From positions 1 through 64,000 of IMG/VR virus record IMGVR_UViG_3300033155_000498: a DNA stretch of 64,000 nucleotides; one strand, written 5' to 3'. This document shows, piece by piece, positions 18,823-28,896 of this stretch (position 1 is its first letter; every line of letters starts with the position of its first letter). Below the pieces are notes generated by a model. The model made no database searches and was not told the DNA's origin. It saw nothing but the letters and a program-made list of their open reading frames with translations. The translations under genes were made by a program, and so were the position numbers. This DNA is from a virus.

Positions 18823-19479
18823 TTAAAATTTCGTAATAAACTCTACAAATTCGCGTATTAGATCTTCTGTTTGTACTACGCCTAGTTTCTTATCAAACAA
18901 GTTGCGTAGTCCTTGTGGTACATCACCATAAAGGTCTGCAAGGATTTTGCCACGATTCTTATCTGTTGCTGTAGCATACATGTCGCGTATTTGAGTTGCG
19001 CCTTTTACCTTCTTGCCTGCTACTGGAAACTCGATAGTTGGTGTTACATACGCATACATATGGCCTGATGAAACTGGCTGCGCGTCTTTGCGTAACCACT
19101 GTATGGCTGCGCGTTCTCCGTTCTTTTTAACGGCGTACCCTTCTGCGTCTGTATTTGCGCCAACTAAACGATCACCATCTTTTTGGCTTACTGCAAGAAT
19201 TATAACAGTATCAGTATCACTAAATGGAATTGCATCTTTAATAAACTTTTCGACGTACGGACTCTTAACTTTAACGAACTTATTAGCTGGAATGCCCATT
19301 GCCGTTGCAATACGTTTCTTTTCGTTCCATGAAAATGGATCTCTTGGACCAGTTGCTTTTTCAGCTGATGCCATGAATACGCTATTAGCACCAAACTTTT
19401 GAGCTAGGTGATCGTAGGATGATTTATGGCCTTTGTGTGGCGGTTGGAATCGGCCGCCATATACAACTAATGTCTTCAT
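18823..19479 (-). CDS. HxGH cytidylyl/adenylyltransferase-like protein
   Basis: GGRFQPPHKGH; GATQIR. Confidence 0.75.
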   Translation of the reverse strand: MKTLVVYGGRFQPPHKGHKSSYDHLAQKFGANSVFMASAEKATGPRDPFSWNEKKRIATAMGIPANKFVKVKSPYVEKFIKDAIPFSDTDTVIILAVSQKDGDRLVGANTDAEGYAVKKNGERAAIQWLRKDAQPVSSGHMYAYVTPTIEFPVAGKKVKGATQIRDMYATATDKNRGKILADLYGDVPQGLRNLFDKKLGVVQTEDLIREFVEFITKF

Positions 19480-19487
19480 AGCTGTAT

Positions 19488-19823
19488 TTATTTCTTTTTA
19501 GGGAATGTTAAGATATTTGCATTTTGGTGTGCTTCTTCAAGTACCGTTTGCATAGCTAATGATTTTTGGAATTCTTCTACTTGTTTGTAGAATATTGTAA
19601 CCATTGCGTTATAACGTGCAACAGGGTCTTTATATTTGGATAGGTCTTGCTCTAAGCGCCACTGTACTCCCCTGAGTCTTTCTTCTTTCTTAGGATCGCC
19701 TTCGGAAATACGAATAATTTCTTTATCTAATAAGTCTTTGCGGTAGTCTTCAAATGCTTCAGGATCAATCTTGGCCATCTCTACTAGCTGTGCAAACTTA
19801 GTATCAAAATCGTCGCCAAACAT
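19488..19823 (-). CDS. DUF3135-like protein
   Basis: LVEMAKIDPEAFEDYR...RLRGVQWRLE. Confidence 0.6.
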   Translation of the reverse strand: MFGDDFDTKFAQLVEMAKIDPEAFEDYRKDLLDKEIIRISEGDPKKEERLRGVQWRLEQDLSKYKDPVARYNAMVTIFYKQVEEFQKSLAMQTVLEEAHQNANILTFPKKK

Positions 19824-20195
19824 TTAATACCCGACTGATACTTTGTTAATAGTTCCTGCTGTAAACTGAGTTACAGTGGCTCGAAGCCATGTGTAGTTGC
19901 CTTCAAGATTAGCGAAGTTATTTTCGGTTAAAGGATTAATACCATCGCCGATTGTTTGGATTGGAAAATAATTGGGTGTGGTGTTATCTGCATCTAGTGT
20001 AGCTTCAATAGTAATAATAGCTATTACGCCGGTTAAATACCAGGACAATGTTTGAACGCTCTTATCCTTAGAATAATATGCTGCGGCTTTTTGTGGTGGG
20101 CCACTAAAGTCTCCGCTATCAACAAGCGGATCATAGTTTCCGTTGGCTGTGGCAAACGTTGTTGATGGGATTAAATTGTACGATGATGTTTTCAT
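19824..20195 (-). CDS. hypothetical beta-rich structural protein
   Basis: IEATLD...GNYTWLRA; TAAATA-N5-ATG. Confidence 0.55.
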   Translation of the reverse strand: MKTSSYNLIPSTTFATANGNYDPLVDSGDFSGPPQKAAAYYSKDKSVQTLSWYLTGVIAIITIEATLDADNTTPNYFPIQTIGDGINPLTENNFANLEGNYTWLRATVTQFTAGTINKVSVGY

Positions 20196-20196
20196 A

Positions 20197-20646
20197 TCAG
20201 TATTTATCTGTTATTTCAAACAATGGTTCTTGATCTTCTAACCAGTCTTTTATCATTTGTAGCTCTGTACGTGTTTTGACTGGATTATTAGGAAAGACCA
20301 ACCCATCTATAGTTAGATCATATATGATACCGTCTCCGCTATCCTTACCACTGGATATCGGCACCAGCTGAAGATCAGTTTCTTCAATTAATTGAGATGC
20401 AATCTTACCCATTGGCGTTGGAAGCATTTCTACATGAGCTACAACATAGTCACCCTCTATAGAAAGGATCGCTTTAGCTGCAATGCGATCCATAGTAGAC
20501 GACTTAGGCACCGGGTATTCATCAAACGTAACAATACCAAGACCTTTGTTGAATTCTTCAACTGCTTTAACTAGTTCGTCTCTGGGGTAGATTCTACCTC
20601 TGCCATTGCCTGATACGACATCGCATTTGTAAATCTTTGCTTTCAT
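20197..20646 (-). CDS. prohead protease (T4 gp21)-like protein, degenerate
   Basis: NGRGRIYPRDELVKAV, LPTPMGKI; lacks the GELxHP and SSRG motifs. Confidence 0.55.
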   Translation of the reverse strand: MKAKIYKCDVVSGNGRGRIYPRDELVKAVEEFNKGLGIVTFDEYPVPKSSTMDRIAAKAILSIEGDYVVAHVEMLPTPMGKIASQLIEETDLQLVPISSGKDSGDGIIYDLTIDGLVFPNNPVKTRTELQMIKDWLEDQEPLFEITDKY

Positions 20647-22964
20647 TACTTGTCAGGTTTAAATTGATCTAAAATAATATACCCATCATCGTCTGTGCCG
20701 CCAGGCTCTGGAGTGCCAGCTAATGGCTTAGGCAATGCTGCTGGCTGGATACCTTGCTTATTAAGGAATATAATCTCATCATCTTTTAAGTCTGCTACTA
20801 TGGAACAATGACTTAAACCTTCAAACAAGATGCGCTTGCTAAGTGGTTTCTTAAGCAATTCAGAAATTTCACGCTTAATAGGTCTAGCACCAAGAGCTGC
20901 ATCATAACCAACTGATGCGATGTGTGTAATTACAGTCTCATTAACGTGCAAATCGATCTTCTTAGATTTAAGGTTGTCTTTAAGTTCTTTGATAAACTTA
21001 ATAACAATCTTCTTGATATCCATATCTTCAAGTTTCTTAAATTTAGCAATACCATCAAGTCTGTTACGGAACTCTGGGCGGAAGAACTCTTTAACTGCTT
21101 TATCTTCTTCACCTGTGCGTTCCATATCTGTAAAGCCGATACGGTTCTTTTCATTCTCAGCGGCACCAAGGTTGGATGTTAGTATAATAATACAGTTACG
21201 TAGACTAACTTCCTTACCACTACGACTAGTAATCTTGCCTTCGTCTAGTACCTGTAACATTACGTTCATAACGTCCGGGTGTGCCTTTTCTACTTCGTCA
21301 AATAGTAGTACAGAGAATGGGTGTTTGCTAACATCTGAAATTAACTTACCACCACCGCCTGCATCTTCAAATCCAACATAGCCTGGTGGAGCACCAATTA
21401 ATGATGCCACTGTGTGCTTCTCCATGTATTCTGACATGTCGTAACGTAGCAGTTCCATATCCAAATTATCACTAATTAACTTAGCAAGTTCTGTTTTGCC
21501 TGTGCCTGTTGGGCCAAGGAATAAGAAACTTGCGACCGGTTTGTTCTCTTCTGAAAGTCCACTAAAGTTAACATAGATCTTATCTAGTACTTCATCGACG
21601 GCTTGTTCCTGACCGTACAGCTTGTCATCTATGTTATGCCTAAGCGAGATGAGTGATGCACTCTTTTCGTTACTTAGACGCTCAACTGGAACACCTGTTA
21701 TTTTACTAACTTGAACAATAACTTTATCTTCCGTTATAATTGCGGCCTGGGTATCATTTGCGCGTTCCTTAGCACATGCGGCATCGAGAATGTCAATTGA
21801 TTTATCAGGGTTCTTTCTATTGTGTATGTAACGACTGCTTAAATCAACCGATGCCTCGATGGCTTCTTTATTAATTCGCACCTTGTGGAATTCACTTAAT
21901 CGATCGGCAACACCTGTTAGTATCTTGATCGTAGTTTCGTGATCTGGTTCATCAATTGTTAAGTTGTAGAACCTACGCATTAATGCTTTATCTTTTTCAA
22001 AGGACTCGTAGTATTCGTCCCATGTAGTGTTCGCAACAACCTTAATCTTGCCGCGTGTGATTACTGGTTTTAACATGTTTGCAAAGTCTAAGTTAGAACC
22101 TCCTCCTGCACCAGCACCTTTCATTGTGTGCGCTTCGTCAATAAACAAAATGCCGTTACCAGATGCTTCAAGTGCATTAATAACTTTCTTAAATTTATCT
22201 TCAAAGTCGCCCCTGTACTTACTACCGGCTAGCATATCGCTAATATTGAGTTCCCATACAGTGTGATCATGTAAGAACGCAGGAACTGTCTTGGCAATAA
22301 TTTGTTGTGCTAGGCCTTCAACGATTGCAGTTTTACCTACGCCCGGATCGCCTATCATTAGCACATTAGACTTAAATTTCTTAGCAAGGATTTCAATTGC
22401 GTCTCTGACTTCTTCAGTACGACCAATAAGCGGTTCTAACTCGCCCTTCTCGGCTCTAGCTGATAAGTTAGTGCAATGTTCTTCAAGCAACTCTGCAGAC
22501 TGTACATCTGACAAGCCGCCTGTTGCATTGTTATAATGTTCGTTCCAGTATTCAGCAAAGTTTTCTTTGTCGTCAATGCCGTACTTTAAAATAAAGTAGT
22601 GTGCATGGCTGTTAGTTTCGCTTGAGATACTTAGAAATAAATCAATTGTTGTAACATAACGTCTGCCGCTGAATAACACTTGTGTCACAGCACGGTTAAA
22701 TACGCGCTCTAGACTATTTGTTCTTTTTGGTGCTTCTTCAGTTGGCTGGCCCTGAGTTGTTGGCAATAATCCATCTAGATATTCTTCAATGTCTCCAATT
22801 AAATCATCTATTTTAACGCCGTAACCTTTAGCGCAAAAGTAGAATGGTTCATAGCTTAGAAGTGCGACAAGCAAGTGTTCGAGTAATACGTATTCGTGTC
22901 CTCGTTTTTTTGCTAGGGCAATTGCATAGTCTGTGATTTGTTCGATTTCTGGATTAATTTGCAT
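20646..22964 (-). CDS. clpA: ATP-dependent Clp protease ATPase subunit
   Basis: Clp N-domain, two AAA+ modules (GDPGVGKT, GPTGTGKT), IGF loop; start MQINPE. Confidence 0.92.
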   Translation of the reverse strand: MQINPEIEQITDYAIALAKKRGHEYVLLEHLLVALLSYEPFYFCAKGYGVKIDDLIGDIEEYLDGLLPTTQGQPTEEAPKRTNSLERVFNRAVTQVLFSGRRYVTTIDLFLSISSETNSHAHYFILKYGIDDKENFAEYWNEHYNNATGGLSDVQSAELLEEHCTNLSARAEKGELEPLIGRTEEVRDAIEILAKKFKSNVLMIGDPGVGKTAIVEGLAQQIIAKTVPAFLHDHTVWELNISDMLAGSKYRGDFEDKFKKVINALEASGNGILFIDEAHTMKGAGAGGGSNLDFANMLKPVITRGKIKVVANTTWDEYYESFEKDKALMRRFYNLTIDEPDHETTIKILTGVADRLSEFHKVRINKEAIEASVDLSSRYIHNRKNPDKSIDILDAACAKERANDTQAAIITEDKVIVQVSKITGVPVERLSNEKSASLISLRHNIDDKLYGQEQAVDEVLDKIYVNFSGLSEENKPVASFLFLGPTGTGKTELAKLISDNLDMELLRYDMSEYMEKHTVASLIGAPPGYVGFEDAGGGGKLISDVSKHPFSVLLFDEVEKAHPDVMNVMLQVLDEGKITSRSGKEVSLRNCIIILTSNLGAAENEKNRIGFTDMERTGEEDKAVKEFFRPEFRNRLDGIAKFKKLEDMDIKKIVIKFIKELKDNLKSKKIDLHVNETVITHIASVGYDAALGARPIKREISELLKKPLSKRILFEGLSHCSIVADLKDDEIIFLNKQGIQPAALPKPLAGTPEPGGTDDDGYIILDQFKPDK

Positions 22965-22965
22965 A

Positions 22966-23340
22966 TTATACCTTTTTCTTTCGTTTGGCACGTTTGATGC
23001 CGTTATGCAGACGATCAATGGCTTTTCCTATCTCGCCATCCTCGTCTGAGATTGTAATCTGCTTCTCATTACCTAAATAATTTGTATAACTTATATGTAT
23101 TGTACTGTCTTCTTGATCTTTTTGCAAGTCTTTTATAGATGGATTGAAGAAAAAATGCGGTTTTATTTTGGTTACAAGTATTTTGGCATCAAGCCCAACG
23201 TCCGGACCAGTCAATGCTGACCTAGGAGTTAGGTTAAGTGCAATTAGCATCTCAATCCCTTGTTTTTGATTTGTAGTAGGAGCACTATATGTTACATCCT
23301 TGGCTGGTTTCTTCTGTGGTTTATCTTTTATTTTTAGCAT
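22966..23340 (-). CDS. peptide deformylase-like protein lacking catalytic motifs
   Basis: ALTGPDVG ~ GLAAPQVG, FFNPSI ~ INPEI, IDRLHNGI ~ HEIDHLNG; no EGCLS or HExxH. Confidence 0.5.
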   Translation of the reverse strand: MLKIKDKPQKKPAKDVTYSAPTTNQKQGIEMLIALNLTPRSALTGPDVGLDAKILVTKIKPHFFFNPSIKDLQKDQEDSTIHISYTNYLGNEKQITISDEDGEIGKAIDRLHNGIKRAKRKKKV

Positions 23341-23349
23341 ATAAAATAT

Positions 23350-24090
23350 TTAGTCCTTATCCTTCCGAATCAGTGCTAAAAGTGACTCGGAAATATCGTC
23401 TGGAATCTTCCCAACCAAGCGGACTAACAGGTCACCTTTTACTAAATGGTTTGATCTTGATTGTATTCCATTGCCCTTTACGCGCATATGAGTGCCAGGA
23501 TTTGTTCTCGGTGGGACCTTCAATCTTATTGTGCTGCCGTCTATTGTCCTAACATCTAATTCTGTTCCAGTAATTAAGTCCCAGATGCTTATGTCCTCAC
23601 CCTTAATTAAATCAAGATTTTGTACTTCCCATATAGTATCAGGTTGAATTCTAAATTTAATAACAACATCAATATTGTTTGCTAACTTTGGATATCTGAT
23701 TGCTTCGCCATTACGTATACCAGGCGGAATAGTTATTTCAACATTCTCATTTTTGCCATGTACTGGAATTTGCATTAGATGGTCGCCACCGAGAACTGCA
23801 TCTTTAAGTGATATTAGCATTGATAGACTAACTTGCATCTGATGGCGGAATCTTGCTTCTCGCAAGAAATCATTGATGTCGCCGGGTGTTTTAAAATTGA
23901 AACTTGCTGCTGTGAAGTCTGGTGGTCCGTCTTTAACTTGGTCGTATGCTGTTTGAAGTTCTTTAAACTTTTCGTCCCTGCCACCATTGCGGTCAGGATG
24001 AAGCTTCATAGCAAGACGTTTGTATGCTTTTTTAACTTCTTCTGTTGTGGCGTTTGATTCTAAACCAAGAACCTTATACGGATCACTCAT
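23350..24090 (-). CDS. dnaJ: DnaJ/CbpA-family co-chaperone
   Basis: J-domain with HPD; DnaJ C-terminal domain; no Zn finger. Confidence 0.88.
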   Translation of the reverse strand: MSDPYKVLGLESNATTEEVKKAYKRLAMKLHPDRNGGRDEKFKELQTAYDQVKDGPPDFTAASFNFKTPGDINDFLREARFRHQMQVSLSMLISLKDAVLGGDHLMQIPVHGKNENVEITIPPGIRNGEAIRYPKLANNIDVVIKFRIQPDTIWEVQNLDLIKGEDISIWDLITGTELDVRTIDGSTIRLKVPPRTNPGTHMRVKGNGIQSRSNHLVKGDLLVRLVGKIPDDISESLLALIRKDKD

Positions 24091-24135
24091 ACTAATATTT
24101 AAGCGGCCTTGCGACCGCTTGCATATTTTTAGTTC

Positions 24136-25194
24136 TTATTTAACTAGTTCTGGTTTGTAAACTGAACGTAAGCCAAGTGCTTCTGTGTTGAACTTAACAA
24201 GAGCTTTAAGTGCTGGCTCTGTAATAAGTCCATGTAAGATATCAACTGTCTTGTTACCATTCTGTCCAATTACCCAATCGTACTTGCCAATCTTCTTTTC
24301 TAAGATAGCAATTGATTCTGGATTCTTTGACATTTGCTCACATGCTGTACGGAACTTTTCAGTATTAGGATTGCCTTTGTTAACCCATAACGCTTTCTGA
24401 ATACTATCGCGCCATGTTTTAATAAGTAGGTACGCATCGTATAACTCACCACTCGGATATACACCGTGCTTCGCTTTAAATACATCTCTGAACAATTTAC
24501 CAGGATAGTTAATATCGTCTTCAGTTTTACCTGTTGCAATATTAAGTACACCATGATGGAACCAAGTTTCAGCTGAATTCACGTCAATGAATGGAACTAC
24601 CTTAGACTTATATGCTGCTGGATTTTCACGTGTGCCAAGTAGCTCACCTTTAGCAAATGCTAAACGTCTGCCTTTACCGTTTACCCATGTAACTTTGTCT
24701 TTAAAGATTGCAATGTACTCATCAACAGTTTTACCTGGACCACCAATCATCATAGCAATAGATAATCCTTCCGGTACCATACCACTACCAGCTGAGAAAC
24801 TAAATCCGTTATCTTCGTTAACGCCTGTGCGCTTTGCGACAATGATGTTTAAGTTTTGATGGCAAATTGAATCGTATTCTTTGTAGTCGTACTTTACTTT
24901 TTCTTGTACGTACGAAATACCGTTGCCGCCATGTGATACCATAATTGTGTTGTTATCAAAACGACTTGTTTTATGGAACTTGTTGAAACCTGCTTGATCA
25001 CGTGCGCCAGGATTGTAAGAAATAATAACATTCTCATCCTTAAGTGCTGGTGTCTTGGCTAGTTCCGTTGCAATGATGCCTGCCCATTGACTTGTACCTT
25101 TACCTGGTTTCTGTGGTACCATTAAAGTAACATCTGCAAATGCTGATGTGGTAATTGCTAATAACATTACTGCTATTATAGTTTTAATTTTCAT
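24136..25194 (-). CDS. tripartite tricarboxylate transporter substrate-binding protein (TctC-like)
   Basis: Signal peptide; VPQKPGKGT...NPGA pattern; adjacent to TctA. Confidence 0.65.
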   Translation of the reverse strand: MKIKTIIAVMLLAITTSAFADVTLMVPQKPGKGTSQWAGIIATELAKTPALKDENVIISYNPGARDQAGFNKFHKTSRFDNNTIMVSHGGNGISYVQEKVKYDYKEYDSICHQNLNIIVAKRTGVNEDNGFSFSAGSGMVPEGLSIAMMIGGPGKTVDEYIAIFKDKVTWVNGKGRRLAFAKGELLGTRENPAAYKSKVVPFIDVNSAETWFHHGVLNIATGKTEDDINYPGKLFRDVFKAKHGVYPSGELYDAYLLIKTWRDSIQKALWVNKGNPNTEKFRTACEQMSKNPESIAILEKKIGKYDWVIGQNGNKTVDILHGLITEPALKALVKFNTEALGLRSVYKPELVK

Positions 25195-25251
25195 TCTAAT
25201 TCTAATTTTCCTGGTGTTACGATCAAGTCCTTTAGCTAACTTGCCGGGTTA

Positions 25252-26823
25252 CTACGAGTAATCAACAATGCCCTTGTTCTTCCAGCCCCATATAGAGACT
25301 ACAACAATAACAAGTGCAATGCCAATAAATGTTGGGTGGTTAAGTAAGTCATTGCTCGGTAATGACGCAATAGCTAGTTGACCTTCACCAACGTGATACC
25401 CGAATATCTCTTTAAGCCTAAGTAAGGGATATCCAGCTATATTAAATAATTGAAAAGTTTGTATCGTTAACTCTTCAATTTTGTATCCTAATATAAACCC
25501 GATCATCAATGCGGGCCTACTAAATTCGTATACCTTCGCCATGTAGCCTACTATTGTAAATACAATTAGTAGCACGACATTTTCTATACCGTAAGTTCCA
25601 AAGCCTGATGTGTATGTTGCCCATACTATTAAAGATAGTATTATGGGAAAGTAATATTTATATGGCACATAGACTATGCGGGAAATATATTTAATTGTGA
25701 ACAGGCAAATGATTCCTGTTAGTAAAGTTGCTGCCAAAAAGCCTAAACTCATAGCATTAAAGAAGAGCGGATCTTTAAGAACATTTTCACTGTCTAATGA
25801 CAGGTCAAAACCGATAGCAGTAAACAATCCTATTATAACAGCGGCAAACGGTGCGCCAGGTATTCCAAATAATACTGTTGGGATCATACTTGTTGCTTTC
25901 TGTGCGTTGTTGCTACCTTCTGGCCCAATGACACCTTTAATATTGCCATTGCCGAATTCCTCTTTTGGGTTCGTTGCAACGGTTTGTCCGTATGCTAACC
26001 AGTCACTTACTGTGCCGCCTATGCCTGGTAAAAATCCAACAACAGAACCAATCGCACCACCCTTTAACGATAGTTTCCATTCTTTAAAAGATATTGTAAA
26101 TCCATCTTTGACTTGTTGCCAATCGTCTACTTTATGATGCTTGGAGAATATCGATTCTTTTTGTAACGCAATTATCATTTCAGGCATTGCAAATATACCT
26201 GCCATAAGTGGAATTAACGGAATACCTTGACCACCATCGCCTTCTAAGAATTCCCAGCCCATTGTAAAACGTGGCGCTGCCGTAATCGGATCTGTTCCTA
26301 TTAGGCTTAAAAATATACCAACCCCAAGTGCAATTAATGAACGTAACCAAAACTTATTAGACACGAAGCTAACTGTTATAAATGCAAGTATACAAAATGC
26401 AAAAAGTTCAGACTGTCCAATGCCGCCCTGACTAGCAGGTAGTAATAAGAAGTCTTTGTAATAAGGTAATAACAAGAATGTTAACGCGCCGAACAATAGT
26501 CCGTTGATAGTTGATGTTGTAATGGCTGCTGATAGTGCATAACTTGCCTTGCCTTGTTGTGCAAGTGGAAAGCCGTCTACCATTGTTGCTGCTGAACTGT
26601 TCGAGCCAGGTATCCCTAGTAAAATAGCTGCGAATGTATCACCTGTTGTACTCGACGCGACTACTGCCATTATGAATACAACTGAAAGATAAGGGTCAAC
26701 ACTTTGTAACATAATTATAAAAGGAAATAGTGCAACTAATCCTGTAGTCGCGCCTGCTGCTGGCACAAGTCCTATAAACAATCCGTAAAATGTTCCTGCT
26801 AATAAAGCTAATAAGTATGTCAT
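25252..26823 (-). CDS. tctA: tripartite tricarboxylate transporter permease
   Basis: ILLGIPGS, DGFPLAQQG, GFLPGIG, PEGSNNA, LFGIPG; about 12 TM. Confidence 0.9.
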   Translation of the reverse strand: MTYLLALLAGTFYGLFIGLVPAAGATTGLVALFPFIIMLQSVDPYLSVVFIMAVVASSTTGDTFAAILLGIPGSNSSAATMVDGFPLAQQGKASYALSAAITTSTINGLLFGALTFLLLPYYKDFLLLPASQGGIGQSELFAFCILAFITVSFVSNKFWLRSLIALGVGIFLSLIGTDPITAAPRFTMGWEFLEGDGGQGIPLIPLMAGIFAMPEMIIALQKESIFSKHHKVDDWQQVKDGFTISFKEWKLSLKGGAIGSVVGFLPGIGGTVSDWLAYGQTVATNPKEEFGNGNIKGVIGPEGSNNAQKATSMIPTVLFGIPGAPFAAVIIGLFTAIGFDLSLDSENVLKDPLFFNAMSLGFLAATLLTGIICLFTIKYISRIVYVPYKYYFPIILSLIVWATYTSGFGTYGIENVVLLIVFTIVGYMAKVYEFSRPALMIGFILGYKIEELTIQTFQLFNIAGYPLLRLKEIFGYHVGEGQLAIASLPSNDLLNHPTFIGIALVIVVVSIWGWKNKGIVDYS

Positions 26824-27410
26824 GGTCTATATATTGTTACTAGCGTGTCTAAATTTGATCTTGGTAAAATTGCTCCTTTAATACCAAAGTTCTCATCTAT
26901 CCACTTCGATGTAAAGTAGTCCCACTTAAGGTTTTTATAAAATGCAAAACGTAACATCGCTTCGTTCTGCTCACGTATGCAATATGTCATCCTAGAATTA
27001 TCGATATAATGTTTATAATCAGGATATGTAATGCCAAAGCCGCCAGCCGCTTGCCACCATTCCATGCAAAGGTCATTCGGCCTATACACTAGCATTGTCC
27101 ATGCATTGTGCTTAACAGAGTGAGCTTCTAGATAACCCGGGATGCCGAACAACCACTCGTGACTCTTAGCAATCATTGTCCCTGCGGCAGGATCTTTGTA
27201 CGCTTGTGGAACTAGATAGGGGTCTGCTTCAAACTCCATCCCAGTACCGAAGTATGCTCCTGTGTGTCCTGAATACGAATGATGTGTGTATGTACGTTCG
27301 GGGGTTCTATCTGTTGTATTAAATTGCGGATGTTCTTCTAACACCTGTGCGATCCCGCTCCACTTAGAGCCAGGTGCACCTGTAAAGAATATTTTCTTAG
27401 GTAATATCAC
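26820..27410 (-). CDS. sulfotransferase/P-loop-like protein
   Basis: FFTGAPGSKWS; KSH. Confidence 0.5.
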   Translation of the reverse strand: MILPKKIFFTGAPGSKWSGIAQVLEEHPQFNTTDRTPERTYTHHSYSGHTGAYFGTGMEFEADPYLVPQAYKDPAAGTMIAKSHEWLFGIPGYLEAHSVKHNAWTMLVYRPNDLCMEWWQAAGGFGITYPDYKHYIDNSRMTYCIREQNEAMLRFAFYKNLKWDYFTSKWIDENFGIKGAILPRSNLDTLVTIYRP

Positions 27411-28141
27411 TATACAAATTTCCCGTACACTCTGTGATTCATTTCAGTCCAGTGCATTAGTATATAATCTAGTGCTGCTTCGTGTGCTTTTTCTAGTGGG
27501 TGCCACATTGGGCTAATAGGATATTTGTAATCCTTACTCCACTGGTAAAATCCTCTACTCTCAAACCATTTAATATCATTTCCGTGTACGTTTTGCAAGG
27601 TTTGCATTAGCGGCGTTTTGTAGTGTGGATCAAAATAAATCATATCATCAATACACGTTGCAATATAATCTATGTCATTTAGTTTAAGGTAATCTAGTAC
27701 TAAGTTAATAGCTTTTAACGATTCAATCTGATCCCAAGTAGAATTGTGTAAGTGCTTATAATATAGCTCGTGGTAGTCTGAGTCTTCTGTACCAGAAGGG
27801 CGAACTGTATGCCATTGCTGTTCTTCATCATTGTAAAAATCATAACGGTCGCGCCATGTAAAATTAATACTAACTAGATCACCCGGTTGTATTCGTTGAA
27901 CGTTTTCAAAGAAACGTCTAACAATCGATTGATTACTGCATCCTTGTTCAGCTAAACATACATAGTTCAATTCTAGTTTGTTTGCTAATAGTGCTTGCCA
28001 AGTGAAACGCGAATACAACGTGTCAAATGGTTTTTGCCTGCGTTCTTCTTTTGACAATTTGTTCCATTCAAAATCGCGCATGGTATCGGACATATCCGAC
28101 CCCCATGTAAAGCTATCTCCAAACGCTATCATTTTAGCCAT
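27410..28141 (-). CDS. SGNH/GDSL hydrolase-like protein
   Basis: FGDSFTWG, GCSN, WHP...H. Confidence 0.65.
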   Translation of the reverse strand: MAKMIAFGDSFTWGSDMSDTMRDFEWNKLSKEERRQKPFDTLYSRFTWQALLANKLELNYVCLAEQGCSNQSIVRRFFENVQRIQPGDLVSINFTWRDRYDFYNDEEQQWHTVRPSGTEDSDYHELYYKHLHNSTWDQIESLKAINLVLDYLKLNDIDYIATCIDDMIYFDPHYKTPLMQTLQNVHGNDIKWFESRGFYQWSKDYKYPISPMWHPLEKAHEAALDYILMHWTEMNHRVYGKFV

Positions 28142-28365
28142 AGATAAATTAATCCTGGTATGATAATAAAAAACTGTGGCAGGAAGTTCAGCATCATTGC
28201 TTTCTCATTCCATCTATATGCAACATAGACCCAACCACTTGCACCTAGCAATTGAAGATAACTGTTGTATGGTGTGATTCCTAACACATGGAAGACCATA
28301 GCGATAAGTATAATAGTGGCAGACGTCCACTTAATAAAAACGGTTAATTTATCATCATCATGCAT
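28129..28365 (-). CDS. small membrane protein (DUF6552-like)
   Basis: KW...PYN...GW; 3 TM. Confidence 0.6.
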   Translation of the reverse strand: MHDDDKLTVFIKWTSATIILIAMVFHVLGITPYNSYLQLLGASGWVYVAYRWNEKAMMLNFLPQFFIIIPGLIYLWLK

Positions 28366-28896
28366 AATCAGAAATTCCTAAATAAGTACTTCGCCAACAC
28401 GTGGTGTTCTAGCACAAGTAAGTATATTTACAGTGGCTACACCATCCTTGACAAATTATCCGACTCGGATAACGTCATTGACGTTGGGTGTGGATCAAAT
28501 CCGTTTAAGGGTAAAATCAAAAACTTAATTGGTATAGATCCCACGGATGTTGGTGCTGATGTTGTTACTACAATTGAAAACTTTACACCCAATACAAAGT
28601 TCAACGTAGCATTATGTCTTGGTTCCATCAACTTCGGCGATGAACACATTATAGCAAACCAAATTAAAAAAGTCAATGATTTATTATTACCTAGTGCCAG
28701 GGTCTTTTGGCGACTTAATCCAGGACAACACGATCACAATAACGAGTTATGCAACGACATAGATTTCTATCCATGGACTTTTGAAGAACTAAATATGTAC
28801 GCGATCAAATACAACTTTAAACAAATAAACTGTGCTTTTGACAGTAACGGACAACACATGCGTCTATACGCAGAATGGATAAGACATGACAACTAA
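28360..28896 (+). CDS. class I SAM methyltransferase
   Basis: VIDVGCG, ALCLGSINF. Confidence 0.75.
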   Translation: MHNQKFLNKYFANTWCSSTSKYIYSGYTILDKLSDSDNVIDVGCGSNPFKGKIKNLIGIDPTDVGADVVTTIENFTPNTKFNVALCLGSINFGDEHIIANQIKKVNDLLLPSARVFWRLNPGQHDHNNELCNDIDFYPWTFEELNMYAIKYNFKQINCAFDSNGQHMRLYAEWIRHDN

